DNA of 64,000 nt, from the NCBI RefSeq assembly GCF_009914755.1, contig NC_060947.1. One strand, given 5' to 3'. The translations under genes were made by a program, and so were the position numbers. The notes below the pieces were generated by a model. That model worked only from the letters and a program-made list of their open reading frames with translations, ran no database searches and was not told the origin of the DNA. This document shows positions 49,536 to 64,000 of the stretch, one piece after another. Each line of letters opens with the position of its first letter. Positions within the stretch are counted from its first letter, which is position 1. The stretch is from the human T2T-CHM13v2.0 reference genome, Homo sapiens.

Positions 49536-49712
49536 AAATCAAATATCAAATTATGGATTTATTTCTCTTAACTTACGTGCCTGCTTTCCACATCTCACCA
49601 TCCTGGGAATATGCAGATTCATGCCGAAGGACCCTGCATAGTTTGTCAGCAAATCGGATGGTGCAACTTCTATATGGGGCAATAGAAGAATCAAATAAAA
49701 ACACTGACTCTT
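49535..49712 (-). pseudogene. ADCY10-like exon remnant (strong)
   Basis: Acceptor tttactctatctag. EESVFLFDSSIAPYRSCTIRFA ~ EISLIQLDSMRLSHQMLVRCA; after frameshifts IFPGW*...HNLIFD ~ ILPCW...SNIFY. Confidence 0.75.
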
Positions 49713-49799
49713 CTAGATAGAGTAAAGACAGACTCATTCTAACCTTGATATTATACAGTGGAACATGGAACATGGCATCTCTTTGCCCAAGGACTACTA

Positions 49800-49960
49800 C
49801 CTACTTGTCAGGGGCTCATAAGGTGTGCTACGTATCAGAAAATTAACTGTAACTACATTTTTGGAACAATTCGAACACTTAGAGCTCACATTGACAATCT
49901 TCAAGGGAAGTGAACTGTTTCAAGTATCTGCATTCCCAAAAGGGACATCTTCAAGTCTTC
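49800..49960 (-). pseudogene. ADCY10-like exon remnant (weak)
   Basis: Strong acceptor cttcttcaattccaaatctgtcactcttag. CSNCSKNVVTVNFLI loosely ~ CHLTSGVRLKNLSP. Confidence 0.45.
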
Positions 49961-50508
49961 CTAAGAGTGACAGATTTGGAATTGAAGAAGATGGAGGAGA
50001 GGGATCAAGTAAGAGAGGTTAAGATTAAATATCAGAAATGTTTTACCAGCCAAACAAAATTTATACCTCTACATACAGAGAGAGAGAGAGAGACAGAGAG
50101 AAAAAGGAGGAGGAGGAGGAGGAGGAAGGAGGAAAGCTTAAAATGGGATGGAACTTCCACTTGACAATAAACTGAGCTTTTTTAGCCTTTAATCCAATTC
50201 TTTCTTCACTTAAGATCAGCCTGATCTCCAAACCTCCTATATATCTTCTTGTACAGGATACTGCCCTGTACTGGACTTAGCACAGTACTTCTGGGATATC
50301 TCAAAATCTTCAGGCAACAAACTAGTAATTTGAATTGTAGTTCTACCATATATCATCTATGTGACCTTGGCCAAGTCATTTAACTTTTATGAATTTTATT
50401 TTATTCATTGGAAAAGTGATAATTGATGCAAGCAATTCAATGAAATCTGTATCAAATGGGTTAGAACAGTGTGTGGCACACAATAAATATTTATTAAATT
50501 AAAAAGTG

Positions 50509-50812
<304 letters not shown>

Positions 50813-51377
50813 TTAAAAGTGATTAAATGAATAAGTTGATTTTAGAAGATAGTTTTAACCATAGAAAAAAGAACTAGATCTTAATTGTTTTCCTTTGTAC
50901 CCACACAAAAATGGCCTGATCATATCTCCTAACAAGATAATTTAATAAAGATCCAAGTCTTCAACTAACATATATGGAATTCTAATTATTCATGATCTAT
51001 GGTCCTACAATTTTAGCAATAGAGTACATTTTTTTCCCAAAAGAATAGCCATAATTATGCCCTGATCCATAAATTCCAATTGCTGGACCTATATGGACAT
51101 AAATCCTGGAGAAGATGCCCTGTACATTCCAGTCTCTGATTCTTTGATCCATGCCCTTCATTTGACCTCCTTCTGTTATAATAATGGTACTCTCGATGTC
51201 ATCTCTTGACATAAGAGAGTCATTAGATCCATTGGAACACACCTATGGGTCATCCAATAGTTTTCATATTTATGTTCAGACAAGACTAGGCAGTTTTGAT
51301 TTCATTTAATAGAAAGTGGAATGAGGCATGAAAGATAATTAATGAAAAGATTATAGTAAAAATTCATTTGGTCTATT

Positions 51378-51980
51378 CCAGGGTTTTGCAAACTGTGACC
51401 CATGGACCAAATTTGGCCTGCCACTTCTTTATCTTTGGTGTGCAAGCTAGAAATTGTTTTCATATTATCAAATGGTTGAACAATCAAAATAAGAATAGTA
51501 TTTAATGACATAAACTATTATATGAAATTCAAATTTTATTGTCCATAAATTTTCATTATAATAGAACCACACATTCATGTATGTATTATCACTGCATTCA
51601 TGCTATAATGGCAGAAATAAGTATCTGGAATTAATGTAGATAGTCTACCTGTCATTCAAATCTAATTCATTCTATTAGATAAATTGATTTTTTTTTCTTA
51701 AATTTAGGTTTGACTTCAAGGGAATTTTTCTCTATTCCATTATTAATGAGGCACACTTTAGTTCACATGCTCTTTTAAAAATGAATAATTATGTTATTAT
51801 AGCATGTTTTCCTTTGTTTCTCAACAGTTATTGTGAGTGTTTTGACACTTGGGAAGTCATGCATTCAAGTAATTGTATGAGAGTAAAAAATATTTAGAAT
51901 TACATTTAAAACTAGATGATGGCCCAGAAAGCCTAATCCTTATTATCTCGCCTTTTACAGAAAATGTTTGCTGACCCCTA
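51378..51980. mobile_element. MER58B-like DNA transposon carrying a foreign ~290 bp insert
   Basis: Termini cagggttttgcaaact / gtttgctgacccta; 8-bp TSD gtcta(t/g)tc; interrupted at 51627-51915. Confidence 0.8.
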
Positions 51981-52169
51981 GTCTAGTCTCTTGAGGGAAC
52001 TTTCAGAAGTGATTGTTCCAAAGCTCATTTCTGATAGAAATCTGTGAATTTGTCTTTGGCCAACCAGAAGACTTCTATGAAAAAGCTTGTTGTGCCTGCT
52101 ATTTCCGAGCTGAAAAAAAAAATCAAGCATGATAAATAAGGTACCAGGATTCTTTCTCCCAATTTGAAG

Positions 52170-52590
52170 GAGTAGACAATGGTCAGTTTTCTATGTTCTT
52201 TCTTATTTTCCTAAAAGTGCAGCAGAGCCTGGATCATTTCAAATTTGGTTCACAAACAAGTATTACCAGTTTCAGAGAGGAACACCACCCCAGAATTTCT
52301 TTGAGAAGAATTCATGATCACATCAAAGTTCTCTGCCTACCTAACTCTACTTCTTATCTGGCCTCAATATCACTGACTAAAGATCACATCCACAAAAAAG
52401 TACTGCCCACAAAAGGTAAAATTAAGCAAAGGTTTGAGGGCACTAGGATTTGCCACAGTGGTGGAAATGTAGCAAATGTAAAAGTTTCTCCCTCTTTGGA
52501 GTAGATTTATGTCCTGTAAGTTGCCCACAAGGCACAATTCTAGATAGAGAACCTTATTTTTCATTGATTTTCATTGTAAAATTGATTACA
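52170..52590 (-). pseudogene. ADCY10-like segment (Walker B region to CGIPF region)
   Basis: SDIEAR*EVELG ~ NDISNKICLDLN; FWGGVPL ~ GSCGIPF; LLHF*ENKKEHRK ~ VLVFQQTESEEK. Confidence 0.6.
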
Positions 52591-53034
52591 TGCTTAATTG
52601 GAAAATAATTTCATTCCAACCATGACCAAATTACTCCTTTTAAAAACAGCACATTATTTTTTGACTACAGAATATTTGTAGGGAACAATATTTCTTTTTA
52701 ATAAACTATTAATAATAAATTTATATAAAATCGCTAAAGACAAACACACAGCAACTAGAGTTGTTTGCAGTTTTATTTCAATGGTTTAAAGTGAAACTCA
52801 CAATGATTAAACAAAAAGGACAAGTAGACTGAAAATTTCCTCAGCTCCAAGACTACTTTCTTAACAATATCTATAGCAAAATACATAGTGCTCCCTTTTT
52901 ACCAGGCAGAAGCTTGATCCAAGTTTCCAGAATTTAGGATTGAGCAAGGTAATCTGGGCTGAAGAAAAGGGAAGACACTGAATCTCAACAGAAGCAGTGA
53001 TTCCAATTATGACCTCAAGGAAGCAATGGTGGTA

Positions 53035-53208
53035 AAATAAGTGATTATATAGCTATTTCTGAAATGCATGGAAGAAAGACTTTAGGTAGAATTTTAGTTT
53101 CCTGAGGTAGAGAATCTGGAAAGCATAAACTTTGGCAAGCTGACTTTCTATATAAAATTGTGGTTTTTATATTTCAAGAAAATTGTGTCCAAAAAGTATC
53201 CAATTAGG
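53035..53208 (-). pseudogene. Two ADCY10-like pieces around a short intron
   Basis: GYFLDTIFLK ~ YCLLNDIFHVQ; acceptor tttatgctttccag, then FSTS.ETKIL...EIAI*SLIL ~ FPISREISRM...EILFMKIL. Confidence 0.6.
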
Positions 53209-53209
53209 A

Positions 53210-53425
53210 GGCAGTTTAGAACAGAATTAAGTTTGAATCTAGACTGCCCAGATTGACAGCACAACTCCTTCATTTTCTGTCTAAAATCTTAGGCACATTA
53301 CTAAATATCTTTTTGCTTTAGTTTATTCGTCCATGGCAGAGTGATTGTAATAATAACTACCATGTCAGATGGTGATTGTAAGGATTAAATGCAAAACATG
53401 TAACAGTATTTGGCACATTATGGGC
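53210..53425. mobile_element. MIR
   Basis: gaggcagt...ggtgattgtaaggattaaatgcaaaacatgtaacagtatttggcacat. Confidence 0.7.
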
Positions 53426-53480
53426 ATTTTAAAAATGCCAGCTGCTGTTACTCCTCCTCCTCTTCTTCCCCTTCCTCCTC

Positions 53481-53781
<301 letters not shown>

Positions 53782-53799
53782 CCCCTTCCTCCTACTTCT

Positions 53800-53916
53800 A
53801 TACCTACTGTGACAATTCGTCATGATCATTACTATAAAATTCCTGAAATATTTGCGTGTCTTAGTATGAATTGTTGTGGGTGCTTTGCCTAGCACACATT
53901 TTCGATGTGGTATACC
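53800..53916 (-). pseudogene. ADCY10-like exon 5' part
   Basis: Acceptor ctctgttttcaaaccag. RVYHIENVC*AKHPQQFILRHANISGI ~ RIIAISLNKISFHQTFYTIQMFMANVLGL. Confidence 0.6.
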
Positions 53917-53997
53917 CTGGTTTGAAAACAGAGGATCCCCAAAACACACCTAAGCTCCAAGATATTTATCTCTTAGAGACAGTAGTCACTCCATTCC

Positions 53998-54696
53998 TGC
54001 TATAGACTGAATGTTTGTGTCCCTTCCAAATTCATATGTTGAAATCCTAACTCCTAATGTGATGCTATTAGGAGGTGGGGACTTTGGGGGGTAATTAGAT
54101 CTTAAGGGCAGAGCTCTCATGAATTGGATTAGTGTTCTTATAAAAGAGACCTCAGGCCGAGCGAGGTGCCTCACACCTGTAACCCCAGCACTTTGGGAAA
54201 CTGAAGTGGGCAGATTACTTGAGCCCAGGAGTTTGAGACCAGCCTGGGCAACATGGTGACACTCTGTCTCTACAAAAAAGAAAACAAAAATTAGCCAGGC
54301 ATGGTGGTGTATGCCCATGGTCCTATCTAGTCGGGAGGCTGAAGTGGAAGGATCACTTCAGCCCCAGGGACGAAGGTTGCAGTGAGCCAAGATAGCACCA
54401 TTGCATTCCAGCCTGGGTGATAGAGCCAGACTCTGTCTCAAAACAAAAAACAAAAAACAAACAAACAAACAAAACCACAAACAAAGAGAGAGAGTGAGAG
54501 AGACATTAGAGAGATCAGAGAGTTCTCACCCCCATCACAGCAAGAAGATGGCCACCTGTGAACCAGGAACTGAACCAAATACCAATTATGCTAGGGCCTT
54601 GGTCACGGACTCCCCAGCCTCTAGAAGTATGATAAATAAATGTTCTTTGTTTAAGTCTGTGGTAGTTTGTTACAGCAGTCTGAAATGACTAAGACA
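53998..54696 (+). mobile_element. MLT1A-like MaLR LTR with nested AluJ (54155-54485)
   Basis: tgctatagactgaatgtttgtgtccc...ttcatatgttgaaatcctaa ... gactaagaca; AluJ features ttgagcccaggag and ggatcactt. Confidence 0.88.
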
Positions 54697-54845
54697 ATCC
54701 CTTATTCCCACAAGTAGTCTTGAAAATAACTAGAGTTGTACAGCTCTAAATCCAAAAATCGCTGAGTCCTCAAGCCCAAATCCATAACTCCCAATAGGGC
54801 TTTTAGAACAATATTACAGATGAAAACTAGAACAGTTAGGTAGCC

Positions 54846-55036
54846 TATTAACTTTCAGGAGCTCTTATATGTCTTCTAATGTCACAAGTCACCGATCTAT
54901 ATAGCAGCCTATTGCTCCTGAATACCCTGCAATGACCAATCTGTCTTAGCGATTTCAGTTTGGTTACTGATGAAAAAGAAATAATCGACTTGAAAAAGTC
55001 AATCTCATTAAAAAGATATCCCACAAGTGAGATATA
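54846..55036 (-). pseudogene. ADCY10-like P-loop exon remnant
   Basis: SLVGYLFNEIDFFKSIISF ~ PLLGRNKEINYFMYTMKKF; LVIAGYSGAIG ~ LMYEGLPGYG; ends KVNR ~ KNHR. Confidence 0.72.
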
Positions 55037-55902
55037 ATCTTGAATTTAATTTTTTTAAAGGTACTAATTTGCTGATTTTCTTCAAAGGGATTTATGATTG
55101 ATTAAGTCTTCTACAAGGTACAGAACACTATGCTTAGTGCTGAGGATACAGGAGTGAATAAACTAGATATGGTCCCTGCTCTCATGAAGCTTACAATTAT
55201 GCTATTGTTTCATTTTTATTTATTCATTCAGTAAGTATTTATCCGACCCATTCTAGGTGTGAATTGGAGATGAAAGTGACCCAAACAAACATGCCAAAGC
55301 TAAACAAGAGTTATTAGTTCTGTTATCTTGGATATAACAATTTACTCCTTAATATTTTTTTCTAAATGCCAAAATTAATGCCTTTGGAAATCACGTTATT
55401 TCTGTGCTTACCGTGTAACTTCATAGTACGCTAGTAATGGAACTGGGCTTAGAATACTGACCTCCTGACATCAAATTCCAAGCATCCCTGGTTCAGGCTA
55501 AATCTAAAATCAAAATTAAAAATTTCACTTCTAATATCTGAGGGTGACATTCTATCAACTCCATTTATTGTTACATGGAATTAATGTAGTCTACCTCTCA
55601 CTCAAATCTAATTTATTGTATTAGATAATTTTTTAAATTTATGTTTGATTGCAAGGGAATTTTTCTTTATTAATGAAACACACTTTAGTTCAAATGCTTT
55701 TTTAAATGAATAATTATAGCATGTTCTTTGTTTATCATCTGTTATTGTGAGTGTTTTGACATGGGAAGTCACGCATTCAGGTAATTGTATAAAAGTAAAA
55801 CATATTTAAAACTTATAATTGAGAGGGACAAATAATTGAGCAGCAAACAGTGGTATGTATTTTAATTCAGTATTACAAGTTATAAATTATCCAGACAAGG
55901 CA

Positions 55903-56220
<318 letters not shown>

Positions 56221-56464
56221 TTAAACTGGATTTTAGTAGTAACTTCCAATTAGTCTTCCTATACTACCATATCTTTCACGTTCCAATATATCCTACACAC
56301 TGCTTCCGGATTATTCCCTACAGTACCATTTCCATTTTGTCACACCTCATCTCAATAAACTCTGGTGTCTCCCCAGTGCCTAAAAAGACTAAATATAAAC
56401 TCCTGAGTCAGAATTCAAGATCTTTCATTATTTAATTCTATTTTTCTACTATTAGTCCTCTACT

Positions 56465-57020
56465 AGGAATTAAATCACCCATTATTGGTTTTGTTGTTTT
56501 GCCTTTCCTGAATCAATGTCTGATAATTTGAACATGGGCAAAGAGGTGGAAAGAGGTATGACCTCTATCTCCTGTTATTTTTTACCTGAATTGGAGATGC
56601 ATGTGTATAGAAAATATATAATTTACCACTTACTACATGGCCTAATCATGGAAATGTAGACACTCAAAGTATTCAGCTTTGGGTTTATTATGTGAAAGGC
56701 AAGTAACAGTCTACAAAATAAACTACACTAGATGGGGAATCTTTTCCTTAGAGCTTCCTATATCCATGTTATGAACTGAGCGATTTTCTACTAAGTTCAA
56801 ATAGGTTTTCCAGGTGGCCAGTTTTCTATCTACACACACCACAAATTTTACAGTATGTAGTGACCAATCCCATAAGCCATAGACGAAAAGGATAGAATAT
56901 AAAAGTCACCTTATTATCTCAGGAAATATCAGAACAAGTACACCTTTGGACAACAGTATGGGATATAAATTACAGCCCCATTTGCTTTTTAGTCTCAGAT
57001 TTCTGTAATTCTATTCTCCA
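56465..57020 (-). pseudogene. ADCY10-like C2 class III cyclase domain remnant
   Basis: DNKVTFIF ~ INKVFMF; SILFVYGL ~ SFLCVFGF; MDIGSSKE ~ VSIGVASG; HNKPKAEY ~ HTVRHEY; VVNYIFSIHM ~ KVNLAARMMM; KITGD ~ IVTCD; SLPMF ~ NLPAY; PIMG ~ VMKG. Confidence 0.78.
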
Positions 57021-58846
57021 CAAAATCTAAATCATAATAAATATTTAATGTACAAGATAACTATCCTCCTTAACACCAATCTTTTTTCTTTTCTTTTCTC
57101 TTTTATTTTAAGTTCCGGGATACATTTGCAGAACATGCAGGTTTGTTATATAGGTAATCATGTGCCATGGTGGTTTGCTGCACCTATCAACCTGTCATCT
57201 AGGTATTAAGCCCCGTGTGCATTAGCTATTGGTCCTGAAGCTCCCCCTCCCCTCAACTCCCCCGACAGGCCCTGGCGTGTATTGTTCTCCTCCCTGTGTC
57301 CATGTGTTCATCATTATTCAGCACCCACTTACGAGTGAAAACATGCGGTGTTTCTGTTCCTGTGTAAGTTTGCTGAGGATGATGGCTTCCAGCTTCATCC
57401 AAGTTCCTGCAAAGGACATGATCTTATTCCTTTTAATGACTACATAATATTTCATGGTGTATATGCACCACATTTTCTTTATCTAGCCTATCATTGGTGG
57501 GTATTTAGGTTGGTTCCATGTCTTTGCTATGTGAATAGTGCTGCAATAAACATACGTGTGCATGTATCTTTATAATAGAATGATGTATATTCCTTTGGGT
57601 ATATACCTAGTAATGGGATTGCTGAATCAAATGGTATTTCTGGTTCTAGATGTCTGAGGAATAGCCACACTGTCTTCTACAATGGTTGAACTAATTTACA
57701 TTCCCATCAACAGTGTAAAAATGTTTCTATTTCTCCACAGCCTTGCCAGCATCAGTTGTTTTTTGACTTTTTAATAATTGCCATTCTGACTGGTGTAAGA
57801 TCATATCTCATTGTGGTTTCTATTTGCATTTCTCTAATGCTCAGTGATGATGAACTTTTTTCGTATGTTTGTTGGCCACATAAATGTCTTCTTTTGAGAG
57901 GTGTCTGTTCATTTCTTTTGCCCACTTTTTTGATAGGGTTCTTTGATTTTTTCTTGTACATTCATTTAAGTTCCATGTAAATTCGATTGCAAAAATTTTT
58001 TCCCATTCTGCAGGTTGCCTGTTCACCCTGATGATAGTTTCTTTTGCTGTGCAGAAGCTCTTCGTTTAATTAGATCCCATTGTCAATTTTACCTTTTGTT
58101 GCAATTGCTTTTGGCAATTTCATCATAAAATTTTTGCCCATGCCTATGTCCTGGATAGTACTGATTAGGTTTTCTTCTAGGGTTTTTATGGTTTGGGGTT
58201 TTACATTTACGTCTTTAATCCATCTTGAGTTAATTTTTGTATAAGATGTAAGGAAGGGTTCCAGTTTCAGTTTTCTGCATATGGCTAGCCAGTTTTCCCA
58301 GCACCATTTATTGAATAGGAGAGCCTTTCCCCCATTGCTTGTTTTTGTCAGGTTTGTGGAAGATCCGATGGTTGTAGATGTGTGGTGTTATCTCTGAGGT
58401 CTCTGTTCTGTTCCATTGGTCTATATATCTGTTTTGGCACCACTACCATGCTGTTTTGGTTACTATAGCATTGTAGCATAGTTTGAAGTCAGGTAGCATG
58501 ATGCCTCCAGCTTTGTTCTTTTTGGTTAGGATTGTCTTGACTAAACGGGGTCTTCTTTGATTCCATATAAAATTTAAACTGATTTTTTCTAATTCAGTGA
58601 AGAATGTCAATGGTAGTTTGATGGGAATAGCATTGAATCTTTAAATTACTTTGGGGAGTATAGCCATTTTCACAATATTGACTCTTCCTATCCATGAGGA
58701 TGGACTGTTTTTCCATTTGTTTGTGTCCTCTCTTATTTCCTTGAGCAGTGGTTTGTAGTTTCTCCTTGAAGAGGTCCTCCATGTCCCTTGTTAGCTGTAT
58801 TCCTAAGTATTTTGTTCTTTTTCTAGCAATTGTGAATGGGAGTTGA

Positions 58847-59202
<356 letters not shown>

Positions 59203-60274
59203 CGCTTGTGATTTTTGTACATTGATTTTGTATCCTGAGACTTTGCTGAAGTTGCTTATCAGCTTAAGGAGCTTTTGGGCTGAGACGATGAAGTTTCCTA
59301 AATATAGAATCATGTTGTCTGCAAACAGACAATTTGACTTCCTGTCTTCCTATTTGAATATCCTTTATTTCTCTCTCTTGCTGATTGCCCTGGCCAGAAC
59401 TTCCAATACTATGTTGAATAGGAGCGGTGAGAGAGAACATCGTTGTCTTGTGACAGTTTTCAAAGGGAATGCTTCCAGCTTATGCCCATTCAGTATGATA
59501 TTGGTTGTGGGTTTGTAATAAATAGCTCTTATTATTTTGAGATATGTTCCATCAATACCTAGTTTATAGGAGTTTTTAACAGGAAAGGATGTTGAATTTT
59601 TATCAAAGGCCTTTTCTGCATCTATTGAGATGATCACGTGGTGTTTGTCATTGGTTCTGTTTATGTGATGGATTACGTTTATTGATTTGCATATGTTGAA
59701 CAAGCCTTGCATCCCAGGGATGAAGCCAACTTGTTAGTGGTGGACAAGCTTTTTGATGTGCTGCTGCATTTGGTTTGCCAGTATTTTATTGAGGATTTCT
59801 GCATTGATGTCCATCAGGGATATTGGCCTAAAGTTTTCTATTTTTATGTCATATTTGCCAGGTTTTGGTATTAGGATGATGCTGGCCTCATAAAATGAGT
59901 TAGGGAGGAGTCCCTCCTTTTTAGTTGTTTGGAACAGTTTCAGAAGGAATGGCAGCAGCTCTTTTTTGTACCTTTCGTAGAATTTGGCTGTGAATCTGTC
60001 TAGTCCTGGGCTTTTTTGGGCTAGTAGTCTATTCAGTACTGCCTCAACTTCAGAACTTGTTATTGTTCTATTCAAGTGTTCGACTTCTTTCTGGTCTAGT
60101 CTTGGGAGGGTGTATGTTTCCAGAAATTTATACATTTCTTCTAGATTTTCTAGTTTATTTGTGTAGAGGTGCTTATAGTATTCTCTGATGATAGTTTGTA
60201 TTCCTGTGGGGTCAGTGGTGATATCCCCTTTATCATTTTTTATTGTGTCTATTTGATTCTCCTCTCTTTACTTC

Positions 60275-60562
<288 letters not shown>

Positions 60563-63500
60563 TCTCTTTACTTCTTTATTAGTCTATCTTGCTATTTTAT
60601 TAATATATTCAAAAAACCATTTCATTGATTTTTTTAAAGGTTTTATTATTTATTTGTTTTTTTTTTGTCTCTATCTCCTTCAGTTCCACTCTGATCTTAG
60701 TTATTTCCTGTCTTCTGTCAGCTTTTGGATTTGCTTCCTCTTGCTTCTCTAGTTCTTTTAGTTGTGATGTTAGGGTGTTGATTTGAGATATTCCTAGCTT
60801 TCTGATGTGGGCATTCAGTGCTATAAATTTCTCTCTTAACACTGCTTTAGCTGCATCCCCGAGATTCTGGTATGTTGTCTCTTTGTTCTCATTGGTTTCA
60901 AAGAATTTCTTGATTTCTGTCTTATTTTCATTATTTACCCAGGAGTCATTCAGGAGCAGGTTGTTCAATTTCCATGTAATTGTATGGTTTTGAGTGAGTT
61001 TCTTAACCCTGAGTTCTAATTTGATTCCACTGTGGTCTGAGAGACTTTTATGATTTCAGATCTTTTGCCTTTGCTGAGGAGTATTTTACTATCAATTATG
61101 TGGTCAATTTTAGAGTAAGTGCCATGTGGTTATGAGAATATATAGTCTGTTGTTTGGGGGTGAAGAGTTCTGTAGATATCTATTAGGTCCACTTGATCCA
61201 GACCTGAGTTCAAGTCCTGAATATCCTTGTTAATTTTCTGTCTCATTGATCTAATATTGACAGTGGGGTGTTAATGTCTCCCACTATTATTGTGTGGGAT
61301 TCTAAGTCTCTTTGTAGGTCTCTAATAATTTGTTTTATGAATCTGGGTGTTCCTGTATTGGGTACATATATATATTTAGGATAGTTAGCTTTTTTTGTTG
61401 AATTGATTCCTTTGCTATTATGTAATGCCCTTCTTTGTCTTTTTGGATTTTTGTTGGTTTAAAGTCTGTTTTGTCAGAGACTAAGATTGCAACCCCTGCT
61501 TTTTTCTGCTATTTGCTTGGTAAATTTTCTTCCATCCCTTTATTTTGAAACTGTGTGTGTCCTTGCACGTGAGATGGGTCTCTTGAATACACTACACAGG
61601 TGGGTCTTGACTCTATCCAATTTGTCAGTCTGTGTCTCTAATTGGGGAATTTAGCCCACTTGCATTTAAGGTTAACATTGTTATGTGTTAATTTGATCCT
61701 GTCATCTTGATGCTAGCTGCTTATTTGGCACACTAGTTGGTGCAGTTTCTTCATAGTGTCATTGGTCTTTGCATTTTGGTATGTTTTTGCAGTGGCTGGT
61801 ACTGGTTTTTCCTTTCCATATTTAATGTTTCCTTCAGGAGCTCTTTCAAGGCAGGCCTGGTGGTGACAAATTCCCTCAGCATTTGCTTGTCCGAAAAGGA
61901 TTTTATTTATCCTTCACTTATGAAGCTTCGTTTGACCATATATGAAATTCTGAGTTGAAAATTCTTTTAAGAATGTTGAATATTGGCCCCCACTCTCTTC
62001 TGGCTTGTAGGGTTTCTGCTGAGAGATCCACTGTTAGTCTGATGGGCTTCCCTTTGTAGGTCCCCTGGCCTTTCTCTCTGGCTGCCCTTAACATTTTTTT
62101 CTGCATTTCGACCTTGGAGAATCTGATAATTATGTGTCTTGGGTTTATCTTCTCGCGGAGTATCTTACGTGGTTCTCTGTATTTCCTGAATTTGCATGCT
62201 GCCCTGTCTTGCTAGGTTGGGGAATTTCTCCTGGATGATATCCTAGGTGTGTTATCCAACCTGGTTCCATTCTCCCTGTCTCTTTCAGGTACTATAATCA
62301 GTCGCAGGTTTGGTCTTTTTACATAGTCCTATGGTTCTTGGAGGTTTGTTTCATTTCTTTTCATTCTTTCTTCTCTAATCTTGTCTGCCTGCCTTATTTC
62401 AGCAAGATAGTCTTCAATCTCTGATATTCTTTCTTCTGCTTGATTGATTCAGCTATTGATATTTGTGTATGCTTCATAAAGTTATCGTGCTGTGTTTTTC
62501 AGCTCCATCAGGTCATTTATGTTCCTCTCTAAACTGGTTTTTCTAGACAGTAGCTCCTGTAACTTTTTATCACGGTTCTTAGCTTCTTTGCATTGGGTTA
62601 GAACGTGCTCCTTTATCTCAGCCAAGTTTGTTATTACCCACATTCTGAAGCCTACTTCTGTCAATTCATCCATCTCATCCTCCGTCCAGTTCTGTGTCCT
62701 TGCTTGAGAGATGTTGTGATCATTTGGAAGAGAAAAGGCACTCTGGCCTTTTGGGTTTTCAGCATTTTTTTCATTGATTTTTTCATCTTCATGAGTTTGT
62801 CTAGTTTCAGTCTTTGAGGCTGCTGACCCTTGGATGAGGTTTTTGTAGGGATTTTTTTGTTGTTGATGCTGTTGTTACTTTCTGTTTGTTTTTCTCTCAA
62901 TAGTCTGGTCCCTGTTCTGTAGGGCTGCTGCAGTTTGCTGGGGCCCTACTCATCTGGTTCACTCCCGCAGCTGGAGATGTCACTTAAGGAGGCTGGAGAA
63001 GAGCAAAGTTGGGTGCCTGCTCTCTGGGATCTCTGACCTTGAGGGGCTCCCACCTAAAGCCAGTAGGAATGCTCCTGTACAGGGTGTCTGGTGACCCCTG
63101 TTGGGGTGTCTCACCCAGTTAGGGGGCATGGGAACCAGGACCCATTTAATGAAGTACTTTAGCTGTCCTTTGGTGGAGGGGGTGTGCTGTGCTGTGGGGT
63201 AACCCACTCATCTGGGATGCCCAGATTCCTCAGAGCTAGCAGGAGGAAAGACTATGTCTGCTTGTCCGCGGAGACTATGGCCACCCCTCCCCCTAGGGGC
63301 TCAGGCCCAGGAAGATCAGAGTTCTTTCCCTGAGCCCCTGTCTGGAGTTGTTGGAGTTTCTGCAGGGAGGCCCTGCCAAGTTAGGAGGGAGGGATGGGTC
63401 AGGGTCAGGCCTGAAGAGGCTATCTGGCCACAGCCTGTGTGCTGCACTGTGGGGAATACCTCTTGTGACCAAGCAGTCTGGCCCTGGCTCCAGCAGGCAA

Positions 63501-64000
63501 AAAGCAGGACCTGGGGCTATAGTAATGGCTGCCGACCTTCCCTTCCCCTTGCCTTCCCCGCCAGGAGCTTCGTTTCTTAGGTAGCTAGAAGCTGCAGTGT
63601 TGGTTGCTGCCCCTCCCCCAGGGAGCTCAGATGGCTTAGACAACAGTCAGTGGCAGCAGTGGTGATGGCCACCTCTCCGCCTGGTAGCTCAGCAGGCTTA
63701 GGCATATTCCAGCAGAGTGGCTGTTGAGAATCTGTTGAGAATCAGCGTGGCTCTGCGGTTGGGACCCAAGGCCCTAGTGGTGTGGGCTCACAAGTGGGAT
63801 CTTGCGATCTATGGGTTGCATAGTTCCGTGGAAAAGCACAGTTCCCCAGGCTGGGTAGCATGCTCACTCACTGGCCACCTTGACTGGGAGTGGGGGCTCC
63901 CCTGTCCTGTGTGGCTTTCAGGTGGCTGCCACACCACCCTGCTCTTCCTTCTTCTACGTAGTCATGCCAGCTGCCTAGTCAGTCCTCAACACCCACCGAT

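Noticed and set aside
49573-49712. Clean open exon ending at CAC|gtaagt as part of a live gene
   Set aside because: ADCY10 similarity shifts frame and continues past this donor, and neighbouring segments carry stops. Use in a noncoding transcript is not excluded.
50997-51242. 81-aa minus-strand ORF in unique DNA inside the pseudogene span
   Set aside because: I could not match it to ADCY10 or any other family, and there are no clear splice signals.
55395-55440. Minus-strand donor CACG|gtaagc as another pseudo-exon end
   Set aside because: The upstream sequence looks MIR-like and the peptide match is unconvincing.

Overview
Primate (human-like) AT-rich genomic DNA dominated by interspersed repeats: an ERV1 gag-pro-pol remnant, seven L1 insertions of several ages, about 13 Alus, THE1/MLT1/MLT2/ERV1 LTRs, MER58B, MER5A, MIR, L2 and microsatellites. 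I found no intact protein-coding gene, and nearly all ORFs in the supplied track are repeat-derived or chance. The main hidden feature is on the minus strand, about 57.0 kb down to 24.6 kb: roughly 18 short unique segments, many with canonical splice acceptors or donors. Translated across frameshifts and stops, they match the soluble adenylyl cyclase ADCY10/sAC in the correct order: C2 cyclase domain, P-loop NTPase region, helical region, C-terminus. This looks like an ancient, heavily decayed, intron-containing ADCY10-family pseudogene whose 5' part would lie beyond the window end. The alignment was done by eye against my recollection of human ADCY10 and needs a tblastn/GeneWise check. Repeat subfamily calls are also from memory of consensus features.
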